A DNA stretch of 38,320 nt. Source: a virus. Its lineage: Duplodnaviria; Heunggongvirae; Uroviricota; Caudoviricetes. Positions 8,546 through 16,483 of the stretch are shown piece by piece; within the stretch, counting starts at the first letter, position 1, and every line of letters begins with the position of its first letter. A program made the translations under genes and the position numbers. The DNA lies in IMG/VR virus record IMGVR_UViG_3300028797_000098, positions 1 through 38,320 of that record; one strand, 5' to 3'. The notes under the pieces are model-generated. The model made no database searches. It saw only the letters and a program-made list of their open reading frames with translations, and had not been told where the DNA came from.

Positions 8546-10462
8546 TTATACTCTCGAAGCTACTGGTATACCCGGTACGGGCGGCTGTGGATAGGCGTAG
8601 TTCTGTGGCTGCTGTGGATAGTAACCTGGGTATTGATAGTTATAGTGTTGCTGATATGCCGGATGTTGCTGCATGTGATTATAACCGGGCGGATATGCCT
8701 GATATTGATGCTGCATATCCTGTCGGTAGCCTTGCGGCGGGCCATACTGGTATTGCTGTGGAACGCCTGAATAGACAGTGGCCTGAACCGGCTGTTGTTG
8801 CTGCTGCGACGGGCGCTGTACAGGCGGCAACATGCGCTGGTTGCCGGCAAGTTCCATCATGCCGCGCTGTTCCTGCGAAATTTGCGGGTTGTGGATTTGC
8901 TCTGCCGCGTTGCGCATGTCGGCAATCTGAGCAGCCGGTGCGAACACCGCCCTGATTACGTCGTCCCAAGAGATTTCTTCCATTTCACCCTGGAAGTACG
9001 GCGAGTAGGCGTGGTAGACGGCCCAGTACAAGCTCGTAACGTGGTCGTCATGGTTACCGCCGGAAGCACCCCAGGTGCTCTTGGTGGGTCGAGTGAACGA
9101 CATGAGCTCGTTGATTGTCTTCTCGTCATGGAGAATGAGGTAGTTCTTCTGGATGTAAGTCTTCAGCAGCATGACGGCCTGGTTCTTGGTAGTTCCAGTG
9201 GAGTACATGCCACGGAAGTAGCTATCGTAGTCAACGATATTCGGGTACTGCATTGCGGCAGTCATCGTCTGGTAGGCAAGCGAGCCGGATCCGCCATTAT
9301 ATTCGATTGTAAGTGCGGGGAAATTGTATTTCCGGAGTAGGGCAAATGACACTGCACAGAAGTCTTCTACGGTCACGCTGTTCGAGGACAGTGTGAGCAC
9401 CTGTTCCAGCTTGGTACTGGTCTTTGCATAGAGGATTTGGAGGACGTGGTAGTCCTGACGCATACCGTAGCCGGTATCCAGTGCGGCAATGTAGACTGAC
9501 TTGTCGAATTCCATCTGTTGCGGATTGAGCGGTCGCCGATAAACGCGGAGCTGGTATTCGTCCGGGATTCTCGGATGGGCCATCGGTTTGTCCGGATGCA
9601 GATGCTGCAAGGTGTGGTAGTCGATAAGGGTGACTGCGGAACCGATGAATTCGCATTCGTATTCCTGGCGGAATCTTTCTTCGCCACAGCGGAGTTTTTC
9701 GTCAATGCCCCACTGTTCGTCACGACCGGGCACTTCATTCCAGAGCACCGTGGACCTGACGTACTTCGCCTGCAATTCGTGTGCGGTTGCCGTAGATTCA
9801 TCGACCGCATCTTCCCACATTCGATAGAAGTGGTTCATGCCCGCCGGCGTTGACGTAATGATGACTCGCGTCTTCTTACCTGACGAGATAGTCGGGAACA
9901 CGGAAGCCATGAATTCATCGGCCATGCCCGGACGCAAGAACGCAAATTCGTCAAGGTACAGTAGATTCGGGGAGAAACCACGAATACCGTCCGATGATGA
10001 AGCCGCGATGATGATACGGCAGCCGTTGGCGAACTGGATGGACATCTTGTTCCACAGTTTTACGCCGGGCTGTAGCCAGTAGGGGAGGTTCAGGTAGGAT
10101 TCTCGCAGGAGCTGCAACTGTTCCTTAGCAAGCATGAGCTTGTTTGCCAGCATTGCGATGAGCTGGTCTTCGTGGAACATTGCGTACCAAAGGATAAATG
10201 CGCGGACAATGGTGGATTTACCCACCTGCCGGGACCATCGGTTGATGTTGAACCTGTATTTGAGGAAACGCCGAATTGCCTCGTCCTGGAACGGGTACGT
10301 CTTCATCAGCTGGGTGCCCTCGTCCTTTGTGTTGATGTAGACGTAGTGGCGGATGAAGTAAATAGGGTCCTTGGTGCAGCGCTCGATTTCTTGCAGCTGC
10401 CACATTTCGAGCTTCACAGACTCGCTTGCAGACCTTAGATTATGTATCCCGTTGAATGGCAT
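8546..10462 (-). CDS. terL: Terminase large subunit (T4 gp17-like) with a Q/Y/P-rich C-terminal tail
   Basis: ERCTKDPIYF, SRQVGKST (Walker A), LLYLDEFAF (Walker B), IITSTPAG, nuclease LDTGYG and HDDHVTSL. Start placed at ATG 10462 (MPFNGIHNLRSA), 10 nt after TATAAACT; the track's longer N-terminus overlaps a divergent gene. Confidence 0.96.
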   Translation of the reverse strand: MPFNGIHNLRSASESVKLEMWQLQEIERCTKDPIYFIRHYVYINTKDEGTQLMKTYPFQDEAIRRFLKYRFNINRWSRQVGKSTIVRAFILWYAMFHEDQLIAMLANKLMLAKEQLQLLRESYLNLPYWLQPGVKLWNKMSIQFANGCRIIIAASSSDGIRGFSPNLLYLDEFAFLRPGMADEFMASVFPTISSGKKTRVIITSTPAGMNHFYRMWEDAVDESTATAHELQAKYVRSTVLWNEVPGRDEQWGIDEKLRCGEERFRQEYECEFIGSAVTLIDYHTLQHLHPDKPMAHPRIPDEYQLRVYRRPLNPQQMEFDKSVYIAALDTGYGMRQDYHVLQILYAKTSTKLEQVLTLSSNSVTVEDFCAVSFALLRKYNFPALTIEYNGGSGSLAYQTMTAAMQYPNIVDYDSYFRGMYSTGTTKNQAVMLLKTYIQKNYLILHDEKTINELMSFTRPTKSTWGASGGNHDDHVTSLYWAVYHAYSPYFQGEMEEISWDDVIRAVFAPAAQIADMRNAAEQIHNPQISQEQRGMMELAGNQRMLPPVQRPSQQQQQPVQATVYSGVPQQYQYGPPQGYRQDMQHQYQAYPPGYNHMQQHPAYQQHYNYQYPGYYPQQPQNYAYPQPPVPGIPVASRV

Positions 10463-10472
10463 AGTACAAAGC

Positions 10473-10480
10473 AGTTTATA
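10473..10480 (-). promoter_or_regulatory. Putative late promoter TATAAACT
   Basis: Lies 10 nt before the terminase ATG; one base different from the T4 late consensus TATAAATA; recurs before other genes. Confidence 0.55.
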
Positions 10481-10558
10481 AGGCATTGATTTGTGGACGA
10501 TTATCGGGATTTTTGGATTTTGGACAGAAATTGGGAAATTTTTTGCTATATTTTTGAC

Positions 10559-11614
10559 ATGAAGTTTCTTGTGATTACTGCATTTTGTGACAAGGGTGAC
10601 CGCTATCGTCGAAGGAACCTGGAGGCGACACTTGAGAACAACATGAAATTGTTCCCGGAAGCTATTTTTTGCGTATCCGAGCAGAATCCGACTGGGTGGT
10701 TCGATACGCTTAATTTGGATCCGTCCAGGGTTCGCCATGTTACATTGAATATTGACGGCGGTTTTTGCAAGACTGCGCTGTTAAATGCGGCAATCGAAGC
10801 TGTCCCGGACACAGAAGCTATCGCAATGGTTGATGGCGATGTGTATCTTAACGAAAAGGTCGTTGACTATATACGCAACCACTGGAATGATGGTTCGCTG
10901 GTGTTCCCGTATTCAGAGGCAGTGTACTTGAAGGAAACTGATACCCGAATGCTGGTTAAAGGTATGCCGCTGCTTCCGGGTCCAAAGGACCACGGGGTAA
11001 ATATCGACCGTCAGACTGGTCTGTGCAATGTGTTTACACGGGATACGTGGAAACAAGTTGGCAAGTATGATGAAGAATTTGTAAACTGGGGTGCCGAGGA
11101 CGATGCTTTTCTTACAAAATGCAAGCGTCTGGTCGGGCCGATTGTGCGGAATAGAGAGCCGGGATGCGTGGCGTACCATCTGTTCCATCCGGCTGCTAAC
11201 ACACCTGAATATCTGAAAAGCAGTCCGCTGTACCTTGCTAACCGTGTAAGGCAGGCATGCGTAAGGCGCATGAGCGACGAAGACCTTAAACTGTACGTGT
11301 CCGGCAGGCGCACTTTGGCCGAGATGGTGGAGAAGTACAATGACATGGGTCGGCTGGCGGTTAGCCTGGATTGGCAATGCACTCCAAGGACTTCACTACA
11401 CATGGACACCACTATATACGATGTGGACCGTACCGGCAAAATGACCTTCGAAAAGGTGATGAAGGCTATTGAGGAAGAAGACAGCGCAGAATACTGCGTC
11501 ACTTTCATTGATGAAATTTTGTTGCAACTGCCTGATTTGACGCAGTTGCAGATAGATGAGATTGTGGGATTGCGGAAGCATTATGAGGAGTTAGCCAATG
11601 CAGTTCAGTCGTGA
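10559..11614 (+). CDS. GT-A fold glycosyltransferase (GT2/GT7-like)
   Basis: KTALLNAAIE, MVDGD (DxD) and GKYDEEFVNWGAEDDAF (galactosyltransferase C-terminal motif). The start at 10559 is 6 nt after TGCTATATT. Confidence 0.88.
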   Translation: MKFLVITAFCDKGDRYRRRNLEATLENNMKLFPEAIFCVSEQNPTGWFDTLNLDPSRVRHVTLNIDGGFCKTALLNAAIEAVPDTEAIAMVDGDVYLNEKVVDYIRNHWNDGSLVFPYSEAVYLKETDTRMLVKGMPLLPGPKDHGVNIDRQTGLCNVFTRDTWKQVGKYDEEFVNWGAEDDAFLTKCKRLVGPIVRNREPGCVAYHLFHPAANTPEYLKSSPLYLANRVRQACVRRMSDEDLKLYVSGRRTLAEMVEKYNDMGRLAVSLDWQCTPRTSLHMDTTIYDVDRTGKMTFEKVMKAIEEEDSAEYCVTFIDEILLQLPDLTQLQIDEIVGLRKHYEELANAVQS

Positions 11615-12338
11615 TTTTCTAGTACCTGACTGGCACAGTAAATTTAATGTTTTGGCGAGAATGTGCGCCATGTATGACCACCGTTCATGCTGGGCAAATG
11701 CGGAATGTAGGGAACCGGTTGCAGTACAGTGCGGTGATGGTAGAGTACTTGGACCGGATGGAATTGAGCATAAACCGCACATTTTGATATTGCATGACTG
11801 GGATGAAAAGTACGCTCCTATGGTAAACAGGGCTACCAAGATCATTACGTTTGGCAAGCTGGATGGCGCCCCGGACGGAGCTGTCGTACTTGACAGCTTC
11901 CCGCTTCCGGATTTGCCCGAGCACCTCATGCATCCGGATAACAATATCTTGATTGCCGGGCAATGCGCAGGCAATGAAACTCTTGATTTCGTGAATACCG
12001 TGCTGGATGGTCTTGACCATACGCTGTCGGTTACGATTGCCTTGTATGACAAGGAATCGTACAAGACCGAACGGATGATTTCTGGACTAGTTTATGGGGA
12101 GACATTGACAACTTTTGAGAAGGTGTCGTGGAAGAAACGCCAGTCATATTCAATGATTACCGCGCTTTATCTCACCGCAGGACAGGTGATTCACTGTGGG
12201 TCGGGAAAGCGCGGTTTCTTGCATGCATTGGCGGTGAAGGCGGCATCCCGTGGCTCCGGTCTGATAACCCGGAGAGGGGATAATGACTTCGAGCCGACGA
12301 CGATACATCAATTTTTGGATGTCATTGGTGGAAGGTAA
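11598..12338 (+). CDS. Hypothetical protein, possibly a degenerate GT-B-like fold
   Basis: 246-aa alpha/beta ORF overlapping the GT stop; only weak resemblance. Confidence 0.5.
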   Translation: MQFSRDFLVPDWHSKFNVLARMCAMYDHRSCWANAECREPVAVQCGDGRVLGPDGIEHKPHILILHDWDEKYAPMVNRATKIITFGKLDGAPDGAVVLDSFPLPDLPEHLMHPDNNILIAGQCAGNETLDFVNTVLDGLDHTLSVTIALYDKESYKTERMISGLVYGETLTTFEKVSWKKRQSYSMITALYLTAGQVIHCGSGKRGFLHALAVKAASRGSGLITRRGDNDFEPTTIHQFLDVIGGR

Positions 12339-12373
12339 AGAAGATTTTACAATTTTCACCAAACCCTACAGAA

Positions 12374-12421
12374 CCGCCATATCTAGTGTAAAAACGCCAG
12401 AAAATGTACAATATGCTGTAT
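12374..12421 (+). promoter_or_regulatory. Tandem NrdR-box-like operators upstream of nrdD
   Basis: CCGCCATATCTAGTGT (12374-12389) and GTACAATATGCTGTAT (12406-12421), starts 32 bp apart; both resemble acaCwAtATaTwGtgt. Confidence 0.6.
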
Positions 12422-12526
12422 TTATGTTCACTATGTGTCGGTTCGCGGAGGATATAAACACTACTTGCCTTATTACAAAGCGACTGAGGAATGGTCACCG
12501 TTGTAAGGTAAAAATGAGGAAAATGT

Positions 12527-15250
12527 ATGAGTAATGTAAGCGAATCTGCTGAACCTATTGCCGCACCGAAACTTGCCAAAGTGAACAAGCGTGACGGAAG
12601 ACCACAGACTTTTAATCCAAGCAAGATTGAACACGCGATGAAGACCGCGTTCTATGCTACCAAGACTTCTGTTAGTGACGAAGAACTTGATGAGGCGACC
12701 AACCGGGTTATTGAAGAAATCCAAAGTTACAACACCGCGTCGGTCTCTGCCGACAAGGTGGCCAATGCGGTGAAGAATGTTCTCCGCGAAAAGTGGCCCA
12801 AGGCATACGATGCCTATGTGATTTACCGTGCCAACCGTGACAAGGTTCTTGCGACCAAGAAGGCGATTATCAAGAACATGCCTCTTCTGAACACGGTGCG
12901 TGAAATTACAGATGACAAGTACACGTCATTGAACACGTCGAATATCCTCCGTGACAACGCCAATGAATGTGGCGCAACGCCGGCTGGCGCGTATGGCAAG
13001 ATTGCGTCTGAGACGAACAAGATGTACAACCTGTTGAATAACATCAACGAGAAGTATTCCCAGATGCATAAGGATGGCTACATGCACATCCATGACCTCA
13101 ACATGTACAACTTGACCTTCAACTGCCTCTTCGCTCCTATTGGCAAGCTGCTGTCCACTGGTTTCGATTCCGGCACGGGCTTCATTCGCCGTGCTCATTC
13201 TGTCCAGAGTGCTGCTGCGCTTACCGCAGTGATTTTCCAGCTTCAATCCAATCAGCAGTATGGCGGCATTGCATGTGATAACTTTGACTTTGACCTTGCC
13301 CCGTCAGTGGATGAAAGTTTCCGTACCCATCTCGGCGTTAGGCTAAACGATTATTACGAAGACACTGGTGATGAAAAGTTCAAGGGCTTTGCTGGTGATC
13401 CGGAAAAAGACGAAGATAAGGAACGCTGGCGCAAGCTTCTTTCCGATGTCACCATGAACAAGCCGATTTGCCATTACACCGACCGTTTCCCCAAGAAATG
13501 TCTTGAAAAGGCTATCAAGTACACTAACATTGAAACCCATCAGGCTATGGAAGCTCTTGTCCACAACCTGAACTCCTTGCAGAGCCGGTCCGGAAACCAG
13601 GTCCCATTCTCATCAATCAACTTTGGCCTCGATACGTCCAACTGCGGGCGAATGGTCAGCCACAACTTGATGCGTGCCCAGTACGAAGGCATGGGTGACG
13701 GCCTTACCCCGATTTTCCCGATCTTGATTTTCAAGCTCATGAAGGGCTATACCAAGTACGAGGGCGACCCGAACTACGACCTGTACAACCAGGCAATCGA
13801 ATGTCTCGCCCGCCGCTTCTACCCGAACTTTGTACGTGTTGACTCCTCCTTCAACCTCCCGTATGTCAAGTACGAATACAAGGAAGTCGAGGATGCAAAC
13901 CCGACGTTCAAGTACCGGGGTAGGAACGAAGATTTTGAATTCGGCTTCGGCGATTACAAGGCCGGCGAAACCACTGCGTTTGAATACGATGTGGGCAATG
14001 GCGACTACTGGGAAGTCGTGTCCAAGACGGGCGACAAGCTCAAAGTTCGCAAGATTATCCCGAACACCACCATTTCCACGATGGGCTGCCGTACCAGGGT
14101 CATCGGCAACATCAACGGACCCGAACAGACTACCGCCCGCGGTAACTTCGCGTTCCATACGCTCAACCTGCCCCGTATCGCTATCGAGGCTCACATCAAG
14201 AGCAAGAACGAGGAAACCCGTAAGCAGATCTTCTTCGAAAAGCTCGATGAGTTGCTTGAATGCGCCAAGGATAGCCTCCTCGACCGCTTCAACTTTATCT
14301 GTAATACAAAGACCTACGAGAACTTCCCGTTCACTATGCAGCAGGGTCTGTATCTGACCTCCGATGACAAGAAGCACGCGCTCACCGATTCCATTGCGGA
14401 AGTGATGAAGCAGTCTACCCTGTCCATCGGTTATATCGGCATTGCCGAAGTCATCACCCTCCTTACCGGTAAGACCTTCGGTATTGACCATGACATCGAT
14501 GACTTTGCACTCTCTATCGTGGAACATATCCGCGAGTTCTGCGATAAGACCCAGAAGGAAACGCATCTCAACTGGTCGTGCTTTGCAACTCCGGCAGAAG
14601 CCGTTGCTGGTCGTTTTGCTTCCATCGACAAGAACAAGTTCTGCAAGGAAATCATCGAGGAACCGACGGATGACGATGATATGATGACCGGTTGTGAAGG
14701 TCATTCGAACCCGAAGATGAGCGATAATGACTTTGTTACTGGATGTGAATGCACTTATCCGGATGCCCGTAAGAAGAAGGTTCGCCTGATCGGCGTTAAG
14801 GGTCTTGAAGATGTTGACCTCATGAAGATTTTCGGCAAGGGTTACTATACCAATAGCCATATGATGTATTTCTCTCTGGATACGACTCTTGAAAACAAGA
14901 TTAAGACTGAGGCGCCGTTCCACAAGATTACGAACGCTGGTCACATCTTCTACTACAAGCTTAATGGTGATTTAACTAAAAATGTGCCGGCGGTAAAGGC
15001 TGCTATAGATGCAATGTATGAAGGCGACCTTGGTTATTTTAGTTGTACTATGTCGTCGGATGATTGCATGAAGTGTGGATATCATGGCATAATTGATAAC
15101 GAATGTCCGAAGTGTGGCTGTAGGGATGAAGATATGTTTGTTCGTGTTCGCCGTATTACGGGTTATTTAACGGGATCGCCTAGAAAGACGATTTTGAAGT
15201 CCTGGAATACTGGCAAGCTTGCTGAATTGGCAGATCGCAAAAATATTTGA
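12527..15250 (+). CDS. nrdD: Anaerobic (class III) ribonucleoside-triphosphate reductase with ATP cone
   Basis: KVNKRDGRPQTFNPSKI (ATP cone), HIHDL, QSNQQYGG, QVPFSSINFG, TMGCRT, GNFAFHTLNLPR, ATPAEA, YYTNSH, CMKCG...CPKCG and the RRITGYL glycyl-radical loop. Confidence 0.98.
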   Translation: MSNVSESAEPIAAPKLAKVNKRDGRPQTFNPSKIEHAMKTAFYATKTSVSDEELDEATNRVIEEIQSYNTASVSADKVANAVKNVLREKWPKAYDAYVIYRANRDKVLATKKAIIKNMPLLNTVREITDDKYTSLNTSNILRDNANECGATPAGAYGKIASETNKMYNLLNNINEKYSQMHKDGYMHIHDLNMYNLTFNCLFAPIGKLLSTGFDSGTGFIRRAHSVQSAAALTAVIFQLQSNQQYGGIACDNFDFDLAPSVDESFRTHLGVRLNDYYEDTGDEKFKGFAGDPEKDEDKERWRKLLSDVTMNKPICHYTDRFPKKCLEKAIKYTNIETHQAMEALVHNLNSLQSRSGNQVPFSSINFGLDTSNCGRMVSHNLMRAQYEGMGDGLTPIFPILIFKLMKGYTKYEGDPNYDLYNQAIECLARRFYPNFVRVDSSFNLPYVKYEYKEVEDANPTFKYRGRNEDFEFGFGDYKAGETTAFEYDVGNGDYWEVVSKTGDKLKVRKIIPNTTISTMGCRTRVIGNINGPEQTTARGNFAFHTLNLPRIAIEAHIKSKNEETRKQIFFEKLDELLECAKDSLLDRFNFICNTKTYENFPFTMQQGLYLTSDDKKHALTDSIAEVMKQSTLSIGYIGIAEVITLLTGKTFGIDHDIDDFALSIVEHIREFCDKTQKETHLNWSCFATPAEAVAGRFASIDKNKFCKEIIEEPTDDDDMMTGCEGHSNPKMSDNDFVTGCECTYPDARKKKVRLIGVKGLEDVDLMKIFGKGYYTNSHMMYFSLDTTLENKIKTEAPFHKITNAGHIFYYKLNGDLTKNVPAVKAAIDAMYEGDLGYFSCTMSSDDCMKCGYHGIIDNECPKCGCRDEDMFVRVRRITGYLTGSPRKTILKSWNTGKLAELADRKNI

Positions 15251-15276
15251 CGGTCATGTTATAAACTCATTGCCGG

Positions 15277-15370
15277 CACATCGGATAATTGGCGTTCTTC
15301 GATGTGAGATGGGTTTTATAGGTGACCCGTGGTTGGATGAACGCCAATTTAGCCGACTGCGGGTCACTTT
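15277..15370 (+). ncRNA. Putative kissing-loop structured leader RNA before the endonuclease gene
   Basis: Stem 15277-15285/15298-15306; stems 15322-15330/15359-15367 and 15331-15335/15350-15354. Loop segments AATTGGCGTTC (15287-15297) and GAACGCCAATT (15339-15349) are exact complements. G-U pairs favour the + strand. Confidence 0.65.
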
Positions 15371-16483
15371 ATGCTTAATAAGAAATCAATTTATGGTCAT
15401 CTGTCTAATGAAGCTGACTTAGTGCAGATGAAATCTTTAAAACCGGTAAATAAATATAATCGGTTAAATTTTAGTTTTAAGTGTTCAGAATGTGGAGAGA
15501 TTTCATCACGAAACTTACGGACGATAGTATTTCCATTTAGATGTCGTAATTGCGTATCTAAACAAACACATACCACGGACGAATACTATGCAAACTATAA
15601 TAAGAGTATGGTTGAAAAGTATGGCGAAAATTACCGTGAGATATTAGATGAGCATCGGAATCAAGTTGTGAAGGAGCGTTATGGTAGTTATTCTGGCATG
15701 TTTATCGCAACAAGTGATAAACGAAATGCTACCATGAAAGCTAGATATGGGGTTACTCATCCGGCAAAAATTGATGGATATGGTAGAAAATGCGCTGAAA
15801 CTAAGTTGCAACGGTATGGTGACCCGACATATAACAATCGTACCAAAGCGAAGGAGAGTATTGTTGCCGAATTCGGATCAACTGATGTGTGGTATCAACA
15901 AAATGTAATTAAGAGTACGCGCACGAAATTGATACGATATGGTGATAAGACATATAATAATAGGGAGAAGGCTGCGAAAACATCTCTTAAACGATACGGA
16001 GTCCGCGTTCCATCACAGAGTAAGAAGATTCATGAACGAATGCATTTTAAGTACATTTATAATGATATAATCTTTGATAGTTCGTATGATTTATCATATT
16101 ATATATGGCTATCTGATAATAACATTGATTTTGAGTATAGACCGGATGTGCAATTTTCTTATACATATAATGGAAGGACTCATGTTTATAACCCGGATTT
16201 TAGAGTTGAAACGAGATTAGTTGAATTGAAGGGCCGGCAATTCTTCAAGGATAAAAATCCGGATAATGTAATGGTGAACCCATATAATCATGATGAGGAT
16301 GGATTATATGAAGCAAAACATCAGTGTATGCTGGCTCACGATGTTGACATTATAGTAGATTGTTCGGAATACGAGAAATATGTTGCCAAACATTATGGAA
16401 AGGATTATATTTCTACTTTTAGGAATAAAACAATTAAACATAAAAAGCGTAATAAGGTTTGTAATGAATTACAGCAAGATTGA
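15371..16483 (+). CDS. Free-standing homing-endonuclease-like protein: Zn finger, (K/R)YG repeats and a PD-(D/E)XK nuclease domain
   Basis: CSECG...CRNC; repeated KYG/RYG units (RYGDPTYNNR, RYGDKTYNNR); C-terminal FDSSYD...YNPDFRVETRLVELKG. AT-rich and wedged between nrdD and nrdG. Confidence 0.8.
   Translation: MLNKKSIYGHLSNEADLVQMKSLKPVNKYNRLNFSFKCSECGEISSRNLRTIVFPFRCRNCVSKQTHTTDEYYANYNKSMVEKYGENYREILDEHRNQVVKERYGSYSGMFIATSDKRNATMKARYGVTHPAKIDGYGRKCAETKLQRYGDPTYNNRTKAKESIVAEFGSTDVWYQQNVIKSTRTKLIRYGDKTYNNREKAAKTSLKRYGVRVPSQSKKIHERMHFKYIYNDIIFDSSYDLSYYIWLSDNNIDFEYRPDVQFSYTYNGRTHVYNPDFRVETRLVELKGRQFFKDKNPDNVMVNPYNHDEDGLYEAKHQCMLAHDVDIIVDCSEYEKYVAKHYGKDYISTFRNKTIKHKKRNKVCNELQQD

Noticed and set aside
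10463-10738. 92-aa N-terminal extension of terminase in the ORF track (similar extensions for nrdG, both GT-A genes and others)
   Set aside because: They overlap divergent genes or promoters; the family-like sequence begins at the downstream ATG.
13860-14100. Intein in NrdD near the catalytic Cys
   Set aside because: The insertion is too short and lacks Cys/Ser start, His-Asn end and splicing blocks.
13613-14944. Long antisense ORFs (13613-14944, 19542-20654, 32095-33339, 36484-37683, 6076-6768 and others)
   Set aside because: They lie opposite well-supported genes and are explained by codon bias leaving the reverse frame open; no motifs or start signals.
15311-15325. GGGTTTT slippery site before the second hairpin as a -1 frameshift signal
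   Set aside because: The -1 frame hits TGA at 15323-15325, so no fusion product results.
15251-16483. Group I intron or read-through fusion of nrdD with the in-frame endonuclease
   Set aside because: nrdD ends normally (ELADRKNI), several in-frame stops intervene, no P/Q/R/S core is visible, and nrdG starts straight after the nuclease.
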